64,000 nucleotides of DNA from Christensenellales bacterium (lineage in GTDB: Bacteria; Bacillota; Clostridia; Christensenellales; SZUA-584). Shown here in pieces: positions 50,371-59,569 of this stretch; within the stretch, counting starts at the first letter, position 1; every line of letters starts with the position of its first letter. The notes under the pieces were generated by a model that was not told where the DNA came from, searched no databases, and saw only the letters and a list, made by a program, of their open reading frames with translations. Location: the NCBI GenBank assembly GCA_040768905.1, contig JAXGMA010000001.1, positions 1,451,196 to 1,515,195 of the forward strand, written 5' to 3'. The position numbers were made by a program, and so were the translations under genes.

Positions 50371-52739
50371 CAGCTATACCATGTCCGCTCAATGATTTCA
50401 TTCTGGAGATCGCCTGCAAGCTCAGTGAAATAAGCAGTGTATCCGGCAACACGGACCGTCAGGCTTCTGTACGCTTCGGGGTCTTTCTGTGCCTGCAGCA
50501 GGTCTTCCTTGTCGACAACGTTAAACTGCACATGAATGATGTTTAAGTCGATAAAGGCTTTGAGCAGTGCTGTGAATTTTTCAATCCCCTCTTCGTCTTT
50601 GAACATTGAAGGAGAAAATTTCATGTTAAGCAGCGTGCCGTTGCTGCCGAGCATGGAGTCTATCCGCGAGACAGATCTTAATAAAGCCGTCGGCCCGTTG
50701 ATGTCTCTGCCGTATACGGCGGACAGCCCGCCGTCGGCCAAAGGTTTTTGCGCTTTGCGGCCGTCAGGCGTCGCCCCGACATTCGCGCCCATCGGAACAT
50801 GCGCAGAAACCGTGTAAAGACCGGTATGGTAAGGGCCGCCCCGCACGTTCTTAAGCCCTTTGAATTTGTCGGCAAAGTATTTGATCCATTTGTATCCGAT
50901 CATGTCCACCCATTCAATGTCATTGCCGAATTTGGGCGCATGGTTGAGCAAAGTCAGGCGCAGCGGTTCGTCGTCCTGGTAATTTGCCACCAGTGCCTTG
51001 TAAAGCTCCTGACTGGAGATTTTTTTGCCGTCATATACCATTGACTTGAGCGCCGCAAGGCTGTCGGCGATATTCGCAGGCTGTATGGCCTGGATGCCCG
51101 ATAAGTTGTAATGCGCACCGCCTTCCGTGATATCCATGCCCTTATCGAGGCAATCGTCGACCACCGCCGAGAGAAAGGCTGACGGAAGTATCTGCGCATG
51201 CAGCTTTTCAACGATTTCGCAGCAACGTATCATCGGTTCAATAAAATAATCGATCTGCTGTTTAAACGCCGCCTCAACATCTTCAAATGTACGATGCTGC
51301 GCCAGGGTGCCTGTTTTGGCGCCCATCTGCTTGCCGGTCAGCATGCAGACCCCGTCATTTAACGCAAGCTCCAAGGCTTTGACCATATTAAACATGGCAG
51401 CGTCGCTCCATCCTAAGCTGTTTCCGTGGGTCGTTAATTCGACGCAGCCAATGATGGCATAGTTTTTTGCGTCAAACGCGCTTATCCCCTTGTCCATCAA
51501 AGCCGGTATCACGGCCTCATCGTTGAATATCTGCGGCATGCCGCTGCCAAGGCCAATCACTTTGGCACACGTTTTTAGAAATCTGTCTGACGCGCCTTTG
51601 AAAACCCTTGCCGACAGATTGGGCTGAGGCAGCCCCAAATGCGCCTGCGCTTTCAAGAATAAATATGACAACTCGTTGGCAGCTTCCTCGCCTTCCTGGG
51701 TAACGCCGCCGAGCGCCACATTGAAGCCGATAGGGAAACCTGCAAAATACTTGGCGCTGTTCGAGCTCCTCAAATACACGATCTGATTGAATTTGAGCCA
51801 AAGCGCCTCGATGATCTCAAGCGCCTTTTCGTATGTGATCAGGCCGTTATCAAAATCCCTTTTGAAATAGGGATACAGGTACTGATCAGCCCTGCCAGGC
51901 GAAAACGAAGACGCGTTTGACTCCATCTGCAGAATGACATACAAGAACCAGAAAGATTGAACCGCTTCCCGAAAACTTTGTGCCGGCTTCTTTTTAAGCG
52001 TGTTGCATATGCTGGCGATCTCAAGGTATTCATTTTTTGTAGCAAAATCTTTTTCTTTTTGAGCCAAGCCTGTTGCAAGCCTCTCGTACCTTTCGATAAA
52101 CGCGATCGCGCCTTCAAGCACTATGGCAACAGCCTTGTAAAACTCGCTTTTTCGCGGTTCCGCTTCCTTAATGCGTGCCTTCACATCTTCAAGCAGGCCC
52201 GCCGGGCCAAGCTTGATCCATTTTTCGGTATTCGGGCAGACGTGTCCCTGCGCGTGATCGGTTTGGTTGATCTTAGCCACTTTTCCAATGCGCGACATCT
52301 CCTCTCCAAGGATCTGCCCCACTTTATCCTCGAGTGTTTTGCCTTTCCAGTATGGCAGTATCTCGTGTCTGAAAACATCTATATCTTCTGGCCTGACATA
52401 GAATTTGTCCTGAGGGCGCTCATGCAAATGGCAGATCTCCTCATCGACCCATGACAAGCCCGATTCAGGAAAAATCACACCACCCCTGACTCCTGCTGTC
52501 CGATTGCCGACGATCAGCTCGCCTTTGTCGATCCTTATCGCCATTTGTTTGAGCGATTCGCGAAGCGCAAGGGCTCTTTTGATTGTGACAGACTCTTTTT
52601 CATTTTGCTTGTAGACACGGGTTATTATCTTTGCCTGTTCGATAGACGCATACCTGTTTTCCTTCAGCATGCTGTTTCTGAGCGTCTGTATCCTTTTGCT
52701 TATCTTTAAACGGTCAATCAGATCGATGTAGTTTTCCAT
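50370..52739 (-). CDS. Glycyl radical enzyme, PflD-related
   Basis: RVAGYT, GCVEL; KINQTDHAQGH, SAKYFAGFP, DAAMFN, YTVSAHVP resemble E. coli PflD as I recall it, with differences. Confidence 0.85.
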   Translation of the reverse strand: MENYIDLIDRLKISKRIQTLRNSMLKENRYASIEQAKIITRVYKQNEKESVTIKRALALRESLKQMAIRIDKGELIVGNRTAGVRGGVIFPESGLSWVDEEICHLHERPQDKFYVRPEDIDVFRHEILPYWKGKTLEDKVGQILGEEMSRIGKVAKINQTDHAQGHVCPNTEKWIKLGPAGLLEDVKARIKEAEPRKSEFYKAVAIVLEGAIAFIERYERLATGLAQKEKDFATKNEYLEIASICNTLKKKPAQSFREAVQSFWFLYVILQMESNASSFSPGRADQYLYPYFKRDFDNGLITYEKALEIIEALWLKFNQIVYLRSSNSAKYFAGFPIGFNVALGGVTQEGEEAANELSYLFLKAQAHLGLPQPNLSARVFKGASDRFLKTCAKVIGLGSGMPQIFNDEAVIPALMDKGISAFDAKNYAIIGCVELTTHGNSLGWSDAAMFNMVKALELALNDGVCMLTGKQMGAKTGTLAQHRTFEDVEAAFKQQIDYFIEPMIRCCEIVEKLHAQILPSAFLSAVVDDCLDKGMDITEGGAHYNLSGIQAIQPANIADSLAALKSMVYDGKKISSQELYKALVANYQDDEPLRLTLLNHAPKFGNDIEWVDMIGYKWIKYFADKFKGLKNVRGGPYHTGLYTVSAHVPMGANVGATPDGRKAQKPLADGGLSAVYGRDINGPTALLRSVSRIDSMLGSNGTLLNMKFSPSMFKDEEGIEKFTALLKAFIDLNIIHVQFNVVDKEDLLQAQKDPEAYRSLTVRVAGYTAYFTELAGDLQNEIIERTWYS

Positions 52740-52921
52740 GAGTTAACCTCCTTTTATACGGCACGTTTTATTGAATGCGTTTCCAATGCCATGCCATGCG
52801 TGTCGTTTTTGATTAGCTTTTGGGTGCAAAATAGCCAAAACTCTTCATCGTGTTCTGTTTGAATCTGCTGTCTGGTTGTAACTTTTGGTATGATATCATT
52901 ATACAGCCTCAATGAAAAATG

Positions 52922-52960
52922 AAAACACCCATTACTGACGTTTAGGTGTACAAAACTGAA
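52922..52960 (-). promoter_or_regulatory. 39-bp conserved activator-like motif, copy 3, occupying the -35 region of a TATAAT promoter
   Basis: aaaacacccattactgacgtttaggtgtacaaaactgaa; minus-strand TATAAT at 52898-52903. Confidence 0.72.
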
Positions 52961-53740
52961 CTATAGAAATTTTCTGAAATCTGTCGGGCTGACCCCATGG
53001 CGTTTCTTAAACAATCGCGAAAAATATTTTGCAGATTCAAACCCAATGTTTCGGGATATTTCTTCTATTGGCATATCCTTTTTGGCCAGAAGCCTTTTCG
53101 CAGCTTCAAGCCTTAGAGAGGTTATGTACTGGGTAGGTGTCTGGCCTGTTTTTTGTTTGAATTTGCGTATCAGGTACGATTCGCTGACATACACAAGATC
53201 AGCTAATTCTTTTATTGTGATAGGCAAAGAAGAATTTTCATTGATGTAATGCAAGACCATATCAGCCATAGACTGGAAGCTGTCATTCCGTATCCTTATT
53301 AGCTGTGTAAACAGTATCTTTATACAATGGTCAATAAACTCTTCGCGGCAATCTTTTCTCTTTGATTCTTCAAGGATCATCGAAAGCAGCCATTCGAGTG
53401 TTCCCGTGTTGTCTGACACATGAATGATGCTATCAAAGACAAAGTTTGTGCTCTCGATCCACAAACATATCACCTCTTGATGTCTTGTTGGATCCAGAAA
53501 CTCCTGATGATCAAAGCCGCAGGGATAAACGACAAGATTGTAGAGAGAGACCTGCAGCTTTTTCTCCAGTATCTCGATATTCGCGTTGCCTTTTAAGAAG
53601 AACATAATCTCCATATGCTTGTGATGATGTCTGTTTAAATTCCAGATATCGCTGCGTTCGTTGAACTTCTCACAAAAGACGACTTTGAACCTGCTTTGTT
53701 CTATTTGGCACAAAAAACGGCTTTCAATTTCATTATTCAT
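52961..53740 (-). CDS. AraC-family transcriptional regulator with cupin sensor domain
   Basis: HHHKHMEI cupin motif, SESYLIRKFK, GFESAKYFSRLFKK..GVSP. Confidence 0.93.
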   Translation of the reverse strand: MNNEIESRFLCQIEQSRFKVVFCEKFNERSDIWNLNRHHHKHMEIMFFLKGNANIEILEKKLQVSLYNLVVYPCGFDHQEFLDPTRHQEVICLWIESTNFVFDSIIHVSDNTGTLEWLLSMILEESKRKDCREEFIDHCIKILFTQLIRIRNDSFQSMADMVLHYINENSSLPITIKELADLVYVSESYLIRKFKQKTGQTPTQYITSLRLEAAKRLLAKKDMPIEEISRNIGFESAKYFSRLFKKRHGVSPTDFRKFL

Positions 53741-54085
53741 ATTCTTAAGTCCTTGAATTATCTATCGTTATGATGCTAGGATGCTTGATTGGTGCTTACT
53801 GCTTATATTTTATCTTTAAAATGACACTGTGGTCAATCATTTTGGAGAATTCTGTACAATTTTCGCTTTGACGCGAAAAAACATCAACGCGCTTTAAGGT
53901 GACGTTGAACAATGCTCCGCTGCTGCCGCTGGCCAGGTTGAAGCAGCCATATCGAAGGAAGCATATGGTTTTCCGCCACGGTTTATTGATAAGCTGCTTT
54001 AAGATTAAAGAGAGAACGCTTCTAAAAAGCGTAAAAATTCAATGGCCAAGGCAGACCTTTTTCAGTTTATTTTTAGATAAAATGG

Positions 54086-54114
54086 TTGACGCAACATGTT
54101 TTTTGTTATAAAAT
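54086..54114 (+). promoter_or_regulatory. tRNA operon promoter
   Basis: TTGACG-17bp-TAAAAT upstream of the tRNA genes. Confidence 0.7.
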
Positions 54115-54142
54115 ACTCCTTGCGTCCGTTGGACGTTGATGA

Positions 54143-54219
<77 letters not shown>

Positions 54220-54267
54220 TTTTACACCATGACCCGATTGGACACGATTCAGTCGGGTTATGCATAT

Positions 54268-54344
54268 GGCGGCATGGCTCAGTTGGCTAGAGCAATCGGT
54301 TCATACCCGATAGGTCGTTGGTTCGAGTCCAACTGCCGCTACCA
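54268..54344 (+). tRNA. tRNA-Met (CAT), elongator
   Basis: GGCGGCA/TGCCGCT acceptor stem, TTCATAC loop, GTTCGAG T-loop, encoded CCA. Confidence 0.93.
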
Positions 54345-54371
54345 AAAAAGCCCTTTCACAGAGGGCTTTTT
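54345..54371 (+). terminator. tRNA operon terminator
   Basis: aaaaagccct-ttcacag-agggcttttt. Confidence 0.8.
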
Positions 54372-55353
54372 GCGTCCATGGCATATTTTGAGTTTACTTA
54401 ATTTTACTTATAATCTGTTTTCATAATGCACAATTCCCCGAAAAATATCGAAGCTGCAAGACGTTCAGAATGCTCAAGCAGAGCATAATAGCAGGGTTGC
54501 ATCTCAATAAAACAGACTTGTGTCTACAAATTTTCCCTCGGATTTCCCTCGAATGACGTTAAATCACGTGATATGAGGATGTACAGAACGCTAATACTCT
54601 TTTACGTTGTGGTATATCTTAGCGTTTTTTCGGTTTCCGTTGCGGGTTAATACCATGAGGCTTCCTATAGTATGTTTTGAAATTTTTACTCTTTTTTTGT
54701 TGTTTCAAGATTTGCGTACGGTAATACGATGTTACAATTATTCTTCGCAATTGTTTTTGTAATTAATGTTTATGAAAATACCAAAGTAAATCGTCCTCTG
54801 CACTGTTAGGCTCATTAGCAGATGACCAGTATACTGTTAAATCATTAATATTTAATAAAGCTTTTAACCATTGCCCCCACTATGAGGGCTCTATTCCCTA
54901 TTCTATGACCATAAAAATCGTTTAGCCGGTTGTTAACAACACTCTCGGTCATTCCAATATAGAGTATTGTTTCTACTTAAATATAAATAACTTTACAACA
55001 ACCATTATGGGTATAAAAAAGACTTTATAGTATCACTAACGGGCGCGCTGCCTAAAGGCGGACAGTATTGATCCTAAACTTTTTGTGCCCTTTAAAAAAT
55101 CCATTGTGTTTTTTTACCGATGTGATAAAATAGATTATCAAAGTGTACATATATCTTCAGTTTTCCTGACGTGTTTTTCAGCTTCTATTGTTTTTCCTTT
55201 GCAGGTCATCATTGAATAGCATAAAGTCAATACTTTACCGTGCTTTCTGCAGCGGCTGCAGATCAAAATGAGAGGAGGGTTGGTAGGGTACGTGAATTTT
55301 TTGGTGTAATGAAAATCTTTGGAATTTTAAACATTTAAGAAGAAGGTGATTTG

Positions 55354-55782
55354 ATGTTTGGAATGGATAAAAAATCTAAGGATATGAAAAATCCTGAGGA
55401 TGCGCTAAAAGAAGCCGATAAGAAGTTAAACAAAGGCTTTACTGGTTTTGCTGCCAAAGCATTCATGGGCAAGGAATATGTTGATAAGATGAATCAGGGG
55501 CTGGCCATGGGCCAAGAAGCCATAGAAATGCAAAAAGCCTATCAAAACCCTGACCCGAATGGCATTCCGGCAACAGCCGAAGTCTTGTCTATACAGGACA
55601 CCGGGCAGCTGGTCAATTTCGACCCGGTCGTAATCCTGCAGTTAAAAGTCACTCCGCCCATCGGAGTCGAATTTGAAACAACTGTAAAAACGATCGTTTC
55701 AAAGATTGCCATACCCAGAGCCGGGGACACCATAAATATCAAGTATTCACCGGCAGACCCCACAAAGATCCTGATCCAATAA
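55354..55782 (+). CDS. Hypothetical protein with C-terminal beta-rich (DUF3592-like) domain
   Basis: AGGTG RBS; TAEVLSIQDTG...PRAGDTINIKYSPADP; followed by a terminator-like hairpin at about 55796-55833. Confidence 0.7.
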   Translation: MFGMDKKSKDMKNPEDALKEADKKLNKGFTGFAAKAFMGKEYVDKMNQGLAMGQEAIEMQKAYQNPDPNGIPATAEVLSIQDTGQLVNFDPVVILQLKVTPPIGVEFETTVKTIVSKIAIPRAGDTINIKYSPADPTKILIQ

Positions 55783-55865
55783 GCTGTGCAGCTTTGAGCC
55801 GCTCTTGGTTTGCGTTTAAAGGGCGGCTCTTTGTTGTTTTTGCATATGTAACAAGCAATATATAC

Positions 55866-56240
55866 CTATTGATCTTTTTTCAACAGATCTCGGATCTCGG
55901 CGAGCAGTATTTCTTCCTTTGAAGGTTTGGGCGGCTCGGCTTCTTTTGTTTTCTGTTTCTTCATTTTGTTGATGAGCTTAATGATCAGGAAAATGCATAA
56001 AGCAATAATGAGAAAATCAATCACGCTTTGAATAAACAAGCCATAGTTTATCGAAGCGCTCCCCACCAGAACGCTTAAGTCTTCAAAGTTGATGCCGCCG
56101 ATGATAAGCCCAAAAACCGGCATCAATATGTCATTGACCAGCGAAGACACTATTTTGCCTATAGCCCCGCCGATAATGACGCCGACTGCAAGATCTATGA
56201 CATTTCCTCTTGATATAAAAGTTTTAAACTCTTTAATCAT
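55866..56240 (-). CDS. mscL: Large-conductance mechanosensitive channel
   Basis: [36 protein letters not shown]. Confidence 0.96.
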   Translation of the reverse strand: MIKEFKTFISRGNVIDLAVGVIIGGAIGKIVSSLVNDILMPVFGLIIGGINFEDLSVLVGSASINYGLFIQSVIDFLIIALCIFLIIKLINKMKKQKTKEAEPPKPSKEEILLAEIRDLLKKDQ

Positions 56241-56350
56241 GGTTATGTTCCTTTCAAAAATAATAATTTTTATGACAAATAAAGAGAGTCAGAGTGCGGC
56301 TGGTTCACGATTGATAATTTTTATGATGCTTTTTGATGCAGAATCAAGTG

Positions 56351-56518
56351 CTATAGTTTGCCGAAAGAAAACAGCAAGCCCAAACCGCCTATGACAATTT
56401 GGATGATTTCAAGGACTGTGTTAGATGAAAAAAAGCCCACTCCCAATAAACCAAGAACGCCGATCACAATGAATGCGATACTCATGATCAAAAAGTAACT
56501 TCTCTTTAATGCTTTCAT
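56351..56518 (-). CDS. Small two-TM membrane protein
   Basis: 55 aa, two hydrophobic segments, AGGGG RBS. Confidence 0.55.
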   Translation of the reverse strand: MKALKRSYFLIMSIAFIVIGVLGLLGVGFFSSNTVLEIIQIVIGGLGLLFSFGKL

Positions 56519-56862
56519 TTTGATTCCCCTTTCACCCATGAGGTTTCAAGCCAAGAACAGCTGCGCTCTTTCCCTCTATATCACGGTATTTCGACGTTCA
56601 AAAATATATTCCTCTTTTTGCTGGTTAAAACGACGCCATAAGAGGCCCATCATGACTTGGTTTTTTATCAAGTGTGCAAACCAGTTTCATTATTGTATAA
56701 TAATAAAAGGCCAAGCTTTTTAACATTTAAAGCAATGACTCTGCGGCCTGGAGCATATCATCATAGCGCACAACAGTTAAAGCAGGATTTTTTTGATCTA
56801 GACTTTCAGCAGCCTTGTTAATCTTAAAAAAATCGAAAGCAATTTGAATGGAGTGAAGCAAG

Positions 56863-57623
56863 ATGAATAAAATCATGTTGTTAATGGCCGCTTTGGCATG
56901 TGCAGCTCTTTTTGCATGTGCGCCTTCTGCTGTCCCAATAAAAAGCGAAGTGCCGGATAAGGAAAGTATCCCGGAACCTGCAGCCACTCAAGCTCCTTCT
57001 CTGGAAGCTGTGATTGAATTTGATGATGCGGTTTTGGAAGAAAGGATACGCGCAGAGCTTGGCATCACAGGCAGAGAGCTTACAACCAAAGATGCAAAAG
57101 GCGTCACTTATCTTTTTTTGTCCACAACGCCTCCGGATGAAAAAAAAATCACAAGTATTGATGCGCTCAGGTACTTTACCGATTTGGAGCGGCTTTTTTT
57201 AACAGGCAACCAGACCAGCGATCTAAGCCCTCTTTCGGAACTCAAAAAGCTAAAAGAACTGGCCATCATGTCCAATCAGATCAGCGATCTAAGCCCTCTT
57301 GCGGGGCTTGTCAATCTGGAGGACGGATTGTATTTAAACGGCAACCAGATCAGCGATATAAGCGCTCTTTCGGAGCTTAAGTATCTCAAAACGCTCGCAT
57401 TGGGTGATAACCGGATCAGTGATCTAAGCGCTCTTGCTGGATTGACAAACTTAAAAAGGCTCGAATTGAATGTAAACCAAATCAGCGATATAAGCCCTCT
57501 TGCCAAGCAAAAAACCTTGAGATGCTGTATTTGGATAAAAACGCTATCGTTGATTACAGCCCTGCAGCCGATGTTTATGAACAGCTAATCCATAAGGATT
57601 TTGAATTAAGCATCATTGAATAA
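56863..57623 (+). CDS. Internalin-like leucine-rich-repeat lipoprotein, frameshifted near the 3' end
   Basis: Lipobox LFAC; 22-aa NQISDLSPL repeats; the repeat pattern continues in another frame after A6 at 57509-57514 (NLEMLYLDKNAIVDYSP...KDFELSIIE*). Confidence 0.8.
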
Positions 57624-57987
57624 GTACTATTATGTTTTATACAACAAGGCAGGGCAGGCTCCAGGCCCGCCCTGCCCCGCCTCCAAAAACATTGGCCTTC
57701 GGAGGCGTTCACTCACCCGGGTTTAAGAGTTTAACTCTTATCTTCCGGGTTTCATACAGAGAAGTCAAGCCATGCTGCAAGAACATATTATCTCCACCTC
57801 TCTGGTATTATTGTGCGCTGCAGCTTAAAAATTTAGTCATTCTAAATTATTCCATCATAGATTCTCATCGCACCATACCATCAGCGCGCAGATGTCCCTG
57901 TTGTTTGATTGGCCGCCGTTGACTTAAAATACACAGAACCGCTATAATGAATAGTACCACGATTTTTGTCGGATTGGAGGGAACCAA

Positions 57988-59199
57988 ATGATAGACGAGA
58001 TCTTTGAAAAACTCCTGGAATCGGCAGAAGCCGCGTTTTTGGAAGTCGGCGTATTTGTTGGCGCTGTGCTGCTCATTTTCGGCTATATCAATTATAAAAC
58101 GCAGGGCCGCTTTGTCGAGAAGCTTGAAAATTCGAAAAAGCTGCAGCCTGTCATCGGCGCGTTGCTGGGTTTAACGCCCGGCTGCGGCGGCGCGATATTC
58201 GTGATGCCGCTGTATCTTAAGGGTACCGTCACATTCGGTACAGTGGCCGCTACGCTTGTCGCCACGATGGGCGATGCGGCGTTTGTGCTTATATCCACGC
58301 GCCCGCTCGATTATCTGCTCGTCAGCGCCATCAGCTTTGTCGCCGCTATCATCACGGGCTATACGGTGGATAAACTAAAAATTGACGGCGGCTTTGCCAA
58401 AAGGCGAGAGGTTCTGCTCAAAAAGGCCGCGATTTCACCTGCGGCACATGCGCAGCTTCAAGACGGACCCGTACGCCACATCGGCCACAAGGACGGCGAC
58501 AGCGTCGATGTGTTGCTTCACCACAGTGAAAAAGGGCACCATGATCACAGCACTGCAGAGAAGTTTACGCACAAAGCCGCTTATATCGTTTTTTGGGCGC
58601 TTATTGCCGTTGGCCTTGTGCTTGGGGTCATGCTGCTTGCCGATATAGACATCAATACGGCTATCGGCATTCCTGGCATCGGCACAGTCATCGGCATAGG
58701 CGGCACGTTGTTTTGTATTGTCTATATGATTGTAGGCAGGCGCATATTCAAGAACGAGGAACACGAGACATCGGAGCATAAACTCTTTTCGTTCAAAGAA
58801 ACGCTCGTGCACAACGCACAGGATACGGCCTTTGTGAGTCTTTGGGTATTCGTGGCGTATTTTATCTATGAGCTGTTTGTCGTGTTTATCGGAGGGGAAG
58901 CCGTGATAGCCGGCTGGATGATGGCGACAGGGCTTGCCGCTGTGATCGTCGGCGCGGTTCTCGGGCTGATTCCCGGCTGCGGGCCGCAGGTCATCTTCGT
59001 TTCACTTTATGCAAGGGGCATGGTGCCTTTTGCAGCGCTGCTCGCCAATGCCATCTCGCAGGATGGTGACGCACTGTTCCCGCTGCTCGCCATAGACCGG
59101 CGCAGCTCTCTTATTGCGACGGTGATTACCACCATTCCCGCGCTGCTGCTAGGCATCGGCGCATATTACATCGAAATGCTTATCCTCGGCGCAATTTAG
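57988..59199 (+). CDS. Putative manganese/metal transporter (DUF2899/ArsP_2-like)
   Basis: Duplicated PGCG motifs (TPGCGGA, IPGCGPQ), ATMGDAA, SQDGDALFP, His-rich loop. Confidence 0.78.
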   Translation: MIDEIFEKLLESAEAAFLEVGVFVGAVLLIFGYINYKTQGRFVEKLENSKKLQPVIGALLGLTPGCGGAIFVMPLYLKGTVTFGTVAATLVATMGDAAFVLISTRPLDYLLVSAISFVAAIITGYTVDKLKIDGGFAKRREVLLKKAAISPAAHAQLQDGPVRHIGHKDGDSVDVLLHHSEKGHHDHSTAEKFTHKAAYIVFWALIAVGLVLGVMLLADIDINTAIGIPGIGTVIGIGGTLFCIVYMIVGRRIFKNEEHETSEHKLFSFKETLVHNAQDTAFVSLWVFVAYFIYELFVVFIGGEAVIAGWMMATGLAAVIVGAVLGLIPGCGPQVIFVSLYARGMVPFAALLANAISQDGDALFPLLAIDRRSSLIATVITTIPALLLGIGAYYIEMLILGAI

Positions 59200-59270
59200 C
59201 ATTAATATATCCAAAGAATAGCTGCAAAGCCTCTGTAAATCCTGCCGGAGGCCGGCAGCCATAGAGCTGG

Positions 59271-59558
59271 TTACATCTTTATAACCGGCTCTTTTTCATT
59301 CCGGCGGTACAGCACGAACTTGCGCCCCGATACGGACACCGGCTCCGCTTTTGCCGCACTGCACAGCGCTTCGAGCGCTTCCTTTGCGGATACAGGCGCA
59401 TTCTGCTGCACGCTGCCCTTGATAAGCTCGCGCGCTGTCAGCGCTTCATCAGCCTGCGTCAAAATGTTCTGCGTCAAGCCCGCCTTACCGACGTAGAGTA
59501 TGGGCTCTATGGTATTTGCCATGGCTCTTAAAGCCGCCCTTTGTTTGCTGGTCAGCAT
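59271..59558 (-). CDS. yhbY: YhbY/CRM-domain RNA-binding protein
   Basis: LTSKQRAALRAMA, VGKAG, ARELIK, GRKFVLYR; follows obgE. Confidence 0.9.
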   Translation of the reverse strand: MLTSKQRAALRAMANTIEPILYVGKAGLTQNILTQADEALTARELIKGSVQQNAPVSAKEALEALCSAAKAEPVSVSGRKFVLYRRNEKEPVIKM

Positions 59559-59569
59559 ATCTTTGCTCC

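Noticed and set aside
36133..52739. Calling the three GREs pyruvate formate-lyase
   Set aside because: All have a single-Cys GCVE loop rather than the adjacent Cys-Cys pair of true PFL.
57190..57500. 66-bp periodic repeats (atcagcgatctaagccctctt)
   Set aside because: Explained by the 22-aa leucine-rich repeats of the coding sequence.
59200..59270. Cyclic-di-GMP riboswitch-like GCAAAGCC segment
   Set aside because: Lies between convergent gene ends and lacks the upstream GGCAAA..GAAA stem; more likely a terminator.
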